IMG/VR virus record: IMGVR_UViG_2660238446_000011
Direction: 5' to 3' (one strand)
Source: a virus
Taxonomy: Duplodnaviria > Heunggongvirae > Uroviricota > Caudoviricetes
Length of the DNA stretch: 32,846 nucleotides
Shown: one piece after another, positions 7,479 to 15,904 of the stretch
Position numbering within the stretch: the stretch's first letter is position 1
Layout: every line of letters starts with the position of its first letter
Position numbers and translations under genes: made by a program
The notes under the pieces: model-generated
The model's input: only the letters and a program-made list of their open reading frames with translations
What the model was told of the DNA's origin: nothing
Databases searched by the model: none

Positions 7479-8420
7479 ATGAGCACTAAATTAACCGGCT
7501 ATGTATGGGATGGTTGCGCTGCATCAGGCATGAAATTATCCAGCGTGGCAATTATGGCCCGCCTGGCTGATTTCAGTAATGACGAAGGTGTGTGCTGGCC
7601 ATCAATTGAAACCATTGCCCGCCAGATTGGCGCGGGGATGAGTACCGTCAGAACGGCTATCGCACGGCTGGAAGCAGAAGGCTGGTTAACGCGTAAGGCG
7701 CGTCGCCAGGGTAACCGCAATGCGTCGAATGTTTATCAGCTTAACGTTGCGAAGCTTCAGGCAGCGGCATTTTCTCAACTGTCAGATTCTGACCCGTCAA
7801 AATCTGACGCATCAAAATCTGACCCGTCAAAATTTGATGCGTCGAAATCTGGCAAAAAAGCGGGTTTTCACCCGTCAGAATCTGGCGGGGATCCGTCAGT
7901 AAAATCAAAACATGATCCGTCAGATAAAAAAACTTCTCGTCCGGACGCTTCGCAACCGGACACGCAGACGGATGAACAGGATTTTTTAACTCGCCATCCT
8001 GATGCGGTTGTATTCAGCCCTAAAAAGCGCCAGTGGGGAACGCAGGATGATTTGACCTGCGCACAGTGGCTCTGGAAAAAAATCATCGCCCTGTACGAGC
8101 AGGCCGCCGAATGTGACGGCGAGGTGGTTCGTCCCAAAGAACCGAACTGGACAGCCTGGGCAAACGAAATTCGCCTGATGTGTGTGCAGGATGGTCGTAC
8201 TCACAAACAAATCTGCGAGATGTACAGCCGCGTCAGCCGCGATCCGTTCTGGTGCCGTAACGTGCTCAGCCCGTCGAAGCTGCGGGAAAAATGGGATGAG
8301 CTTTCCCTGCGCTTATCGCCGTCCGTAAGCACGTACACCGAAAAACGCGAAGACCCGTACTTCAAATCCAGTTACGACAACGTGGACTACAGCCAGATCC
8401 CGGCAGGATTCAGGGGGTGA
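7479..8420 (+). CDS. replication initiator, lambda O-like (winged-helix N-terminus, internal ori iterons)
   Basis: N-terminal winged-helix-like region (WPSIETIARQIGAGMSTVRTAIARLEAEGWL); central low-complexity repeat DPSKSDASKSDPSKFDASKS encoded by DNA iterons; position after cro/cII. Confidence 0.75.
   Translation: MSTKLTGYVWDGCAASGMKLSSVAIMARLADFSNDEGVCWPSIETIARQIGAGMSTVRTAIARLEAEGWLTRKARRQGNRNASNVYQLNVAKLQAAAFSQLSDSDPSKSDASKSDPSKFDASKSGKKAGFHPSESGGDPSVKSKHDPSDKKTSRPDASQPDTQTDEQDFLTRHPDAVVFSPKKRQWGTQDDLTCAQWLWKKIIALYEQAAECDGEVVRPKEPNWTAWANEIRLMCVQDGRTHKQICEMYSRVSRDPFWCRNVLSPSKLREKWDELSLRLSPSVSTYTEKREDPYFKSSYDNVDYSQIPAGFRG
7781..7935. repeat. ori-like iterons inside the replication initiator gene, followed by an A-rich tract
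   Basis: Repeated units containing ATCTGAC / CCGTCA(A/G)AAT(C/T)TG at about 7794, 7824, 7872, 7893 and 7916, then GATAAAAAAAC. Confidence 0.6.
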
Positions 8421-8422
8421 TC

Positions 8423-8911
8423 ATGAGTCTGTTAAATGACGTTCAGAAATTCATTGAAGCCCATCCGGGGTGTACTTCCGGAGACATTGCGGATGCTTTT
8501 GCTGGTTACTCACGGCAGCGCGTTCTGCAGTCAGCAAGCAAGTTACGTCAGAGTGGGCGTGTGGCTCACCGTTGTGAAGGAGATACACGCAGACATTTCC
8601 CGCGCCTGACTGAGAGAGCGCAGGAACCGGAACCACAACCAGTTCGAGAAACCAGACCTGTGCGCAATTTCTATGTCGGCACTAACGATCCACGGGTGAT
8701 TTTGTGCCTGACCCGCCAGGCTGAAGAACTGGAGTCCAGGGGCTTATACCGTCGTGCTGCAACCGTGTGGATGGCGGCATTCCGTGAAAGCCACTCCCAG
8801 CCAGAACGAAACAATTTTCTGGCGCGTCGTGAGCGGTGCTTACGGAAAAGCAGCAAGCGCGCTGCATCGGGTGAAGAGTGGTATCTGTCAGGGAATTACG
8901 TGGGGGCTTAA
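8423..8911 (+). CDS. hypothetical protein, possible winged-helix DNA-binding N-terminus
   Basis: ORF track starts at a GTG (8417); first ATG at 8423; overlaps neighbours in operon fashion; no firm family. Confidence 0.5.
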   Translation: MSLLNDVQKFIEAHPGCTSGDIADAFAGYSRQRVLQSASKLRQSGRVAHRCEGDTRRHFPRLTERAQEPEPQPVRETRPVRNFYVGTNDPRVILCLTRQAEELESRGLYRRAATVWMAAFRESHSQPERNNFLARRERCLRKSSKRAASGEEWYLSGNYVGA

Positions 8912-9564
8912 TGAGTAATAAATATTGCCAGGCGCTGGTGGAACTGCGGAACAAACCAGCCCATGAACTGAAGGAAGTGGGCGATCAGTGGCGCACGCCG
9001 GACAACATTTTCTGGGGAATTAACACCCTGTTTGGCCCGTTTGTTCTGGATCTGTTTACTGACGGTGATAACGCCAAATGTGCCGCGTATTACACGGCGG
9101 AAGATAACGCGCTGGCGCATGACTGGTCAGAACGTCTTGCGGAGCTTAAAGGTGCTGCCTTTGGTAATCCCCCATACAGCCGCGCCAGTCAGCATGAGGG
9201 GCAATACATCACCGGCATGCGTTACATCATGAAACATGCCAGTGCCATGCGTGATAAGGGCGGGCGCTATGTTTTCCTGATCAAAGCTGCCACCAGCGAA
9301 GTGTGGTGGCCGGAAGATGCGGACCATATTGCTTTTATTCGCGGGCGTATTGGTTTTGAACTGCCTGCCTGGTTTATCCCGAAGGATGAGAAGCAGGTGC
9401 CGACAGGCGCTTTCTTCGCTGGTGCTATTGCTGTTTTCGACAAGACCTGGAAGGGACCGGCAATCAGCTACATCGGGCGCGATGAACTTGAGGCATGTGG
9501 TGAAGCCTTTCTGGTGCAGGTTCGCCAGCAGGCGGAAAAACTGGTCAGGGAGATGGCGGCATGA
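8911..9564 (+). CDS. phage Dam-like N6-adenine DNA methyltransferase
   Basis: Catalytic NPPY motif (AFGNPPYS); start ATG overlaps the preceding stop (TAATG); typical nin-region phage MTase. Confidence 0.75.
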   Translation: MSNKYCQALVELRNKPAHELKEVGDQWRTPDNIFWGINTLFGPFVLDLFTDGDNAKCAAYYTAEDNALAHDWSERLAELKGAAFGNPPYSRASQHEGQYITGMRYIMKHASAMRDKGGRYVFLIKAATSEVWWPEDADHIAFIRGRIGFELPAWFIPKDEKQVPTGAFFAGAIAVFDKTWKGPAISYIGRDELEACGEAFLVQVRQQAEKLVREMAA

Positions 9565-9887
9565 CGACGTTAACTCAATGCCAGCAGCAGGTGCTGGATA
9601 TGCTGATTTCTTACCAGAAAGAGCGTGGCTTTCCGCCAACCAATCAGGAGGTGGCAACCATGCTGGGATACCGTTCAGTGAATGCAGCGGTAGAGCATCT
9701 TCGTGCACTGGAGAAAAAAGGCGTCATCACGATAAAGCGTGGCGTGGCCCGGGGGATAACGCTTCATACCGCGGTGAAGGACGACGACAGCGAGGCGGTC
9801 GGGATTATCCGCGCACTGCTTGCCGGTGAGGAAAACGCCAGGCTGCGTGCAGCCCACTGGTTACATGAGAGAGGCCTGAAAGTATGA
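9561..9887 (+). CDS. LexA N-terminal-domain-like DNA-binding protein (108 aa, no peptidase domain)
   Basis: LTQCQQQVLDMLISYQKERGFPPTNQEVATMLGYRSVNAAVEHLRALEKKGVI closely parallels the LexA winged-helix domain as recalled. Confidence 0.65.
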   Translation: MTTLTQCQQQVLDMLISYQKERGFPPTNQEVATMLGYRSVNAAVEHLRALEKKGVITIKRGVARGITLHTAVKDDDSEAVGIIRALLAGEENARLRAAHWLHERGLKV

Positions 9888-10273
9888 AGCTGATCTTGCC
9901 TTTCCCGCCCAGCGTGAACACGTACTGGCGACACCCCAACAAAGGGGCGTTTGTAGGTAAAAGCCTGATAAGCGAGGCGGGGCGAAAATTCCAGAGCGCG
10001 GCGTGCGCAGCAATAGTTGAGCAGTTACGTCGTCTGCCGAAACCAACGTCGGCACCTGCTTCAGTGGAGATCGTGTTGTTTCCTCCGGATAACCGGATCC
10101 GCGATCTGGACAACTATAACAAGGCGCTGTTTGACGCCCTGACCCACGCGGGGGTGTGGGAAGACGACAGCCAGGTGAAAAGAATGCTGGTGGAGTGGGG
10201 GCCGGTTATCCCGGAAGGGAAGGTCGAGATCACTATCAGTAAGTACGAGAAACCGGCGGGTGCAGCCGCCTGA
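9884..10273 (+). CDS. rusA: Holliday junction resolvase RusA
   Basis: LPFPPSVNTYWRH and RDLDNYNKALFDALTHAGVWEDDSQV match conserved RusA blocks ([39 protein letters not shown]) as recalled. Confidence 0.85.
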   Translation: MKLILPFPPSVNTYWRHPNKGAFVGKSLISEAGRKFQSAACAAIVEQLRRLPKPTSAPASVEIVLFPPDNRIRDLDNYNKALFDALTHAGVWEDDSQVKRMLVEWGPVIPEGKVEITISKYEKPAGAAA

Positions 10274-10292
10274 TTAAGAGGAGAAACGAAGT

Positions 10293-11090
10293 ATGAATAA
10301 TCTGATGGTCATTGATGGTATTGAAGTTCGTCGTGATGCTTATGGTCGTTACAGCCTGAACGATCTGCACAGGGCTGCCGGTTCTCTGGATAAGCATAAG
10401 CCTGCATTCTGGCTCCGCAATGAGCAAACTGAACGTTTAATAAGCGAGTTGCAGATTTGCAACTCGGTCAATATAGAGCCAGTTAACGTTATTCGTGGCG
10501 GAAATAACCAGGGGACGTATGTCTGCAAAGAACTGGTGTATGCCTATGCAATGTGGATCAGCCCGTCATTCCATCTGAAGGTGATCCGTACTTTCGACAT
10601 GGTAACCAGCGCACCTGAAAAATTATCCGGACAGGCTGCTGACAAGATGCAGGCTGGCGTGATTCTGCTGGACTTTATGCGCCGGGAGTTAAATCTGTCT
10701 AACTCTTCAGTGCTTGGAGCCTGTCAGAAACTTCAGGAGGCTGTTGGCTTACCGAATCTGGCACCGCGCTATGCCATTGATGCTCCTGCTGATGCACACG
10801 ATGGCTCAAGTCGCCCGACACTGTCACTGAGTGCACTGCTGAAACAGTATGGTATCCGCCTGACGGCTAATCAGGCATATCACCAGATGGCGAAGCTGGG
10901 GATCGTTGAACAACGCGAACGATACAGCCGTACCGCGATTAACAACATCAAAAAATTCTGGTCGCTGACGGCGAAAGGCTGCATGTTCGGCAAGAACATC
11001 ACCAGTCCTGCAAATCCGCGCGAGACGCAGCCGCATTTCTTCGAATCCCGATTCCCTGAGCTGTTAAAGCTGCTCGATACCGTTCATTGA
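10293..11090 (+). CDS. KilA-N domain protein (265 aa)
   Basis: N-terminal region (IEVRRDAYGRYSLNDLHRAAG...KPAFWLRNEQTERLI) resembles the KilA-N/Bro-N fold signature; C-terminal domain unknown. Confidence 0.6.
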   Translation: MNNLMVIDGIEVRRDAYGRYSLNDLHRAAGSLDKHKPAFWLRNEQTERLISELQICNSVNIEPVNVIRGGNNQGTYVCKELVYAYAMWISPSFHLKVIRTFDMVTSAPEKLSGQAADKMQAGVILLDFMRRELNLSNSSVLGACQKLQEAVGLPNLAPRYAIDAPADAHDGSSRPTLSLSALLKQYGIRLTANQAYHQMAKLGIVEQRERYSRTAINNIKKFWSLTAKGCMFGKNITSPANPRETQPHFFESRFPELLKLLDTVH

Positions 11091-11091
11091 G

Positions 11092-12087
11092 GTGACCGTG
11101 AGAGCACTACTGACCCCTGAAATTGCCCCGCGTATGGGGATCGTATTGTTCAGACCAGGTTCAGAGCTGATGCCCCTGTTTATGCAGGGGCGTGTCCTGC
11201 TGGAGCCTGAGCCGGAACGTTATTCATCTTTCGCCAGTGGTGCTGTTCCGGCGGCATCACAACCGCTGGCGGATGATCCTGCCGTTCGGGCCGTGTTCCG
11301 CAATGAGGCAGTGATCCGTCGTGCTGGTGGCGTGGAATGTCTTGAAAGCTGGTTACTTCGTGAAAAAGGCTGCCAGTGGCCTCATTCCGACTGGCACAGC
11401 GAGAACATGACCACAATGCGTCACGCGCCGGGCGCAATCTGTCTGTGCTGGCACTGCGATAACCAGCTGCGCGATCAGTTCACGGAACGGCTGGAATCAA
11501 TGGCAACGGATAACTGTGCCCGCTGGGTGTTGTCTGTCGTGCGTCGGGATCTCGGTTTTGATGATAGTCACGTTGTGACAATGCCGGAACTGTGCTGGTG
11601 GCTGGTTCGTAATGATCTGGCGGATGCCTTACCTGAAAGTGCAGCCCGTAAGGCACTGAGATTACCGAAGCCTGTTGTGCCGTCTGTCACCCGGGAGAGT
11701 GACCTTGTTCCTTCGGTTCCGGCCACCAGCATCATCCAGAATAAAGCGAAAAAGGTGCTGGCGCTGAAAGTGGATCCGGAGTCGCCGGAGTCTTTTATGT
11801 TACGCCCAAAACGTCGCCGCTGGGTTAACGAAAAGTACACGCGCTGGGTTAAGACGCAGCCGTGTGCATGTTGTGGAAAGCCTGCTGATGATCCCCACCA
11901 CCTGATAGGCCACGGTCAGGGTGGAATAGGTACAAAAGCGCATGACCTCTTCGTGCTGCCTTTGTGCAGAAAGCATCACGACGAGCTGCATGCGGATACC
12001 GTGGCATTTGAAGAGAAGTATGGCTCCCAGTTGGAGCTGATATTTCGTTTTATCGATCGCGCGCTGGCAACTGGCGTGCTGGCCTGA
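11092..12087 (+). CDS. DUF968-like phage protein with C-terminal Cys/His HNH-like motif
   Basis: C-terminus CACCGKPADDPHHLIGHGQGGIGTKAHDLFVLPLCRKHHDELH; track start is a GTG, an ATG alternative lies at 11134; nin-region position. Confidence 0.55.
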   Translation: MTVRALLTPEIAPRMGIVLFRPGSELMPLFMQGRVLLEPEPERYSSFASGAVPAASQPLADDPAVRAVFRNEAVIRRAGGVECLESWLLREKGCQWPHSDWHSENMTTMRHAPGAICLCWHCDNQLRDQFTERLESMATDNCARWVLSVVRRDLGFDDSHVVTMPELCWWLVRNDLADALPESAARKALRLPKPVVPSVTRESDLVPSVPATSIIQNKAKKVLALKVDPESPESFMLRPKRRRWVNEKYTRWVKTQPCACCGKPADDPHHLIGHGQGGIGTKAHDLFVLPLCRKHHDELHADTVAFEEKYGSQLELIFRFIDRALATGVLA

Positions 12088-12104
12088 TTTTGTGGAGAAA
12101 GTTG

Positions 12105-12467
12105 ATGCGTGATATTCAGATGGTTCTGGATCGTTGGGGTGCATGGGCGGCGAGTGATAGTTCTGGGGTAGACTATTCGCCTATAGCTGCTGGGTTTAAA
12201 GGGCTTCTTCCCTATACAAGCAAAACACGTCAGGCTTGTTCAGATAGTGATGCATTAATTATTGAAGGTTGTCTTGCTCGTCTAAAGCAAAAAAGACCTG
12301 AAGAACACTCGCTTCTTGTTGCCCATTACCTATACGGTATCTCTAAAAGAAAGCTCGCTAAAGCTCGCAAAAAGGATGAGAAAATAATACGCATTGAGAT
12401 ACAGATGGCTGAGGGATTTATAGAAGGTTGTCTAGCTATTCTAAATGTTAGCTTAGATATGGATTAA
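12105..12467 (+). CDS. Q: late gene antiterminator Q (small Q family, QuuD-like)
   Basis: MRDIQMVLDRWGAWAA...AAGFKGL...IEGCLA parallels E. coli DLP12 QuuD as recalled; position after nin genes. Confidence 0.8.
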   Translation: MRDIQMVLDRWGAWAASDSSGVDYSPIAAGFKGLLPYTSKTRQACSDSDALIIEGCLARLKQKRPEEHSLLVAHYLYGISKRKLAKARKKDEKIIRIEIQMAEGFIEGCLAILNVSLDMD

Positions 12468-12479
12468 TATCTTGGTTTG

Positions 12480-12512
12480 GATAAGCAGGTGTGCTTGCAC
12501 CTGCTTAATATT
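12480..12512. terminator. hairpin between convergent Q and membrane-protein genes (AAGCAGGTG-tgcttg-CACCTGCTT), possible bidirectional terminator
   Basis: 9-bp perfect stem seen in sequence; flanking U-runs are weak on both strands. Confidence 0.4.
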
Positions 12513-12963
12513 ATATGTGGGGTAATATCCAGTTTATTTTCCTCCAGGTACTTGCAAATGAAACTATTGATACGATCAGGGTCGAGAAACCATATAAGGT
12601 TAGGGCGAAATCAAGTCTTACAGAGGTAATGGTGATTTTTTCATTTATAAACATTGCTATCAGCGGGAAAATACATGCTAATATTAAGGTAACTCCCGTA
12701 GATAACAGGTTATGAATAATTTTAGGTAAAATCTTGTTTTGTTTTAAAGCAAAAATAATTCCATCAGTACTTGAACTTGCAGAACTGAAGATGGAAATAG
12801 CGGCCAATACAAAACCAAACAAAATGCCTGCCACCGTAGATAACACTCCGGCTGTACTTAAGATATCAGAGTGAGCCATAGGCGCTAGGTATTTCCCAAG
12901 CACCCAAGCTAACAGCCCACTGATAACTATGTTAATTAAAACTTTAATAAGCATAATCATCAT
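12511..12963 (-). CDS. small integral membrane protein, four predicted TM helices (150 aa); RexB-like topology
   Basis: Four hydrophobic segments read from the translation (IKVLINIVISGLLAWVL; GVLSTVAGILFGFVLAAISIF; LLSTGVTLILACIFPLIAMFI; FALTLYGFSTLIVSIVSF); appears AT-rich by eye; second gene of a minus-strand pair. Confidence 0.65.
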   Translation of the reverse strand: MMIMLIKVLINIVISGLLAWVLGKYLAPMAHSDILSTAGVLSTVAGILFGFVLAAISIFSSASSSTDGIIFALKQNKILPKIIHNLLSTGVTLILACIFPLIAMFINEKITITSVRLDFALTLYGFSTLIVSIVSFASTWRKINWILPHI

Positions 12964-12977
12964 CCTTAAAAATAAGA

Positions 12978-13910
12978 TCAGATTTCATATTGCTTTAAAT
13001 ACTGACCATGTTCAATTTTAGCACTGATCAAGGCAGTACGCACATCTGTTTCTTTTGCGTAGCCATCTTTTGTGTTAATGTTTTTTTCACTGATCAGAAC
13101 TTGATTGAGAAGACTCCTTGAATGAGTATTTTTAGGTTCAGTGACATTAGCTTTACGTAATAAGTGAGGAACTTTTTCTATTAATTCCTTTATTCCACTT
13201 TTTACTTCATCACTGAGATAACCACGGATTAATTTACGTTGCGATGCTCTACCTCTAAGTGATAGTTTTAAATGCGAACCGCCCATCCCAGCCATCATTT
13301 CAATCATACTTTTGGAAAATGAATTCGAAAGGTCATAATCCGTTGCGCTAAAATTACGTGGAGCGGCGAGTGTAATTTCACAGCTACGTAAAGTGCTTCC
13401 TGTTTCAAGTAGTTCTTTTACACTTTCTTTTTTCCAAATTGCCTCAAACGCTACAGGTTTGTTTTCTTCAGAAAAATTGAATAAAAGAAATGCTAAATCG
13501 GAAACTTTAGGTCCTAAATGATTTTGAGATAAAACAAGAATGTCTTTCTTATAGTAGTAAATAAAATAAGTGCGTTCGACTATATATTTTTTATCATCTA
13601 ACGGAATATTGTGCTCATCCCAATTTTCATCACCAATATAAGGTAAGTGGAAACCATCACGAGAGCATGATAGATAACCAAAATAGAACTCCGCCTGTGC
13701 GTCTTTTTCTAAGAATACAATCTTTAATTTTTTCTTATCAAACTCAGCGGTATAAGAATTTTGCGAAGGTGTAACAATGGTTGTATACATGTTGTCAAAT
13801 GCAAGTTGTGCATTTGATGTAGTTGACTTCGTTCCTGAGGAGCTTTGGAAGAAACCGATACGCATTTTTTTTTGTTTAGTTAGTGGCGCGGAAGTGGCTG
13901 TAGTAGTCAT
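12978..13910 (-). CDS. hypothetical soluble protein (310 aa), first gene of a two-gene cargo operon; RexA-like by size and order only
   Basis: ORF with AAGGG 9 nt upstream of the ATG; 14-nt gap to the downstream membrane gene; Ser/Thr-rich N-terminus; no recognised motif. Confidence 0.6.
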   Translation of the reverse strand: MTTTATSAPLTKQKKMRIGFFQSSSGTKSTTSNAQLAFDNMYTTIVTPSQNSYTAEFDKKKLKIVFLEKDAQAEFYFGYLSCSRDGFHLPYIGDENWDEHNIPLDDKKYIVERTYFIYYYKKDILVLSQNHLGPKVSDLAFLLFNFSEENKPVAFEAIWKKESVKELLETGSTLRSCEITLAAPRNFSATDYDLSNSFSKSMIEMMAGMGGSHLKLSLRGRASQRKLIRGYLSDEVKSGIKELIEKVPHLLRKANVTEPKNTHSRSLLNQVLISEKNINTKDGYAKETDVRTALISAKIEHGQYLKQYEI

Positions 13911-14040
13911 TAAAATTACCCTTTATTATCCTTTTGAATCAATGGGTTGTGATTTGTTAATGATCCTAGGTTCGTTGCATATGCATAATCTATCAAAAAA
14001 AACTTACGCGGTCCGCATATTCTCGTTTACTGTGTTAAGA

Positions 14041-14090
14041 GTGGTTACTTCGCCACACAGCTTAAACCCGCCGTCGAGCGGTTTTTTTGT
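14041..14090 (+). promoter_or_regulatory. putative late leader (PR' / qut region) ending in a tR'-like intrinsic terminator
   Basis: GTGGTTACTTCGCC resembles the lambda 6S-RNA segment TTGGTCACTTCGAC as recalled; hairpin CCGCcgtcgaGCGG followed by TTTTTTT at about 14067..14088. Confidence 0.4.
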
Positions 14091-14210
14091 ACCTGTAAAC
14101 CTGGTGCAGTACAGTAAACACGCTGGTGGTCGTGAATACTGACTTTTTATCTTGCTGGCTTTTTAGACAAGAGTTATTGGTATGTCATGTTAACCAGAAG
14201 GGAAAAAGAC

Positions 14211-14414
14211 ATGCTAAAACAGCAAGATATGACAGAAACCGCCGCCGCAGTCCTTCATTTCTTACCTGCTGACAAGTGGGTAACGCCACGCATGATGACG
14301 AGAACTACCGGAGTAAGCGAAGCCCGGTGCCAGTTAATACTGACTCAGTTAGTTCTGGCGGGTCTGGCGAAGGATAACGGCGGGTACGGGAATAAATTCA
14401 GACGCTGCCAGTAA
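14211..14414 (+). CDS. small hypothetical protein (67 aa from MLKQQDM), possible winged-helix
   Basis: AGGGAAAAAG purine-rich stretch before the ATG at 14211; track ORF begins further upstream at 14187. Confidence 0.45.
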   Translation: MLKQQDMTETAAAVLHFLPADKWVTPRMMTRTTGVSEARCQLILTQLVLAGLAKDNGGYGNKFRRCQ

Positions 14415-14564
14415 TGGCGGTTTCCTGCTGTGAAAATGGGCGGCTGGTGGGTGTTGGTAGCACCTGCCAGCCATTCGCTCATGCTTACTGGTCACAAGCG
14501 AACCACGGCCCACTGCTTTAGCGCAAAAGCAGAGTGAGCCTACCAGAGTTACGCTTACTGATCC

Positions 14565-15617
14565 ATGAAAAATACTGTAAAAATAAACAGTGTTGATTTA
14601 ATCAACGCTGATTGCCTGCATTTTATTCAGTCCCTGCCTGATGATTCCATTGACCTGATTGTTACCGATCCGCCGTACTTCAAGGTGAAACCCAACGGCT
14701 GGGACAATCAGTGGAAAGGGGACGAAGATTACCTTAAGTGGCTGGACCACTGTCTGGCCCAGTTCTGGCGGGTGTTAAAACCTGCCGGAAGCCTTTACCT
14801 GTTCTGTGGGCATCGCCTGGCATCTGATATTGAGATCATGATGCGTGAACGTTTCAACGTGCTTAACCATATCATCTGGGCGAAGCCGTCCGGACGTTGG
14901 AATGGGTGTAATAAAGAAAGTCTGCGTGCATATTTTCCTGCCACAGAGCGCGTTCTGTTTGCTGAACATTACCAGGGGCCATATCGCGGCAAAAGTGACG
15001 GCTATGCGGCAAAAGAAAGGGAACTCAAACAGCACATAATGGCACCGCTGATTTCGTATTTCAGGGATGCTCGTGCCGAACTGGGTATAACGGCAAAACA
15101 AATTGCCGAAGCCACAGGTAAGAAAAATATGGTTTCCCACTGGTTTGGTGCCAGTCAGTGGCAGTTGCCGAATGAGGCTGACTATCGGAAGTTACAGGCA
15201 CTGTTTTCCCGTATAGCGGCAGAGAAGTTTCAGGAACAACAACTGGAACAACCACACCACCAGCTGGTGGCATCTTATGATTCACTGAATCGCAAATATT
15301 CTGAATTGCTGGATGAGTTTAAATCTCTCCGGCGCTATTTCTCCGTATCAGTCTCCGTGCCTTATACCGATGTCTGGATGCATAAACCCGTTCAGTTCTA
15401 CCCGGGTAAACATCCGTGTGAGAAACCGGCGGATATGCTCAGGCAAATAATCAATGCCAGTAGTCGACCTGGTGATCTGGTTGCTGATTTTTTTATGGGC
15501 TCCGGTTCCACAATAAAAGCAGCAATGGCGTTGGGGCGTCGGGCCTTAGGTGTTGAGCTTGAGTCAGAGCGGTTTAACCAGACAGTGAAAGAGATAAACG
15601 AGCTGGTGGGGAAATAA
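14565..15617 (+). CDS. DNA methyltransferase (N6-adenine or N4-cytosine), DPPY motif, no partner endonuclease in the window
   Basis: [11 protein letters not shown] catalytic motif near the N-terminus and a C-terminal AdoMet-type region ([13 protein letters not shown]) indicate a beta-class amino-MTase. Confidence 0.8.
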   Translation: MKNTVKINSVDLINADCLHFIQSLPDDSIDLIVTDPPYFKVKPNGWDNQWKGDEDYLKWLDHCLAQFWRVLKPAGSLYLFCGHRLASDIEIMMRERFNVLNHIIWAKPSGRWNGCNKESLRAYFPATERVLFAEHYQGPYRGKSDGYAAKERELKQHIMAPLISYFRDARAELGITAKQIAEATGKKNMVSHWFGASQWQLPNEADYRKLQALFSRIAAEKFQEQQLEQPHHQLVASYDSLNRKYSELLDEFKSLRRYFSVSVSVPYTDVWMHKPVQFYPGKHPCEKPADMLRQIINASSRPGDLVADFFMGSGSTIKAAMALGRRALGVELESERFNQTVKEINELVGK

Positions 15618-15684
15618 TCTGGTGGCCACGTCAGGTGGCCTTTTTATTTCCATTACACAGCACCCGCATCTGCGAGGTGGGGTT

Positions 15685-15900
15685 ATGAAATCCATGGATA
15701 AGTTAACAACGGGTGTCGCCTATGGCACCTCAGCAGGTAGTGCCGGGTACTGGTTTTTACAGTTGCTCGATAAAGTCACGCCCTCACAGTGGGCGGCATT
15801 AGGTGTGCTGGGTAGTCTGGTATTTGGCTTGCTGACGTATCTGACAAACCTTTATTTCAAGATTAAAGAAGACAAGCGTAAGGCGGCACGGGGAGAGTAA
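15685..15900 (+). CDS. class II holin (phage 21 S21 pinholin-like) with dual-start MKSM motif
   Basis: [62 protein letters not shown] nearly matches S21 as recalled; track ORF starts further upstream at 15622. Confidence 0.85.
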   Translation: MKSMDKLTTGVAYGTSAGSAGYWFLQLLDKVTPSQWAALGVLGSLVFGLLTYLTNLYFKIKEDKRKAARGE

Positions 15901-15904
15901 TTCA

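Noticed and set aside
7741-7935. CRISPR array interpretation of the short direct repeats
   Set aside because: Repeat units are short, imperfect and lie inside a coding sequence encoding a repetitive peptide; consistent with ori iterons, with no cas genes present.
8671-9708. Minus-strand ORFs (61 to 193 aa) across the hypothetical gene and the Dam-like MTase
   Set aside because: Antisense to genes with recognisable motifs (NPPY) and no independent support.
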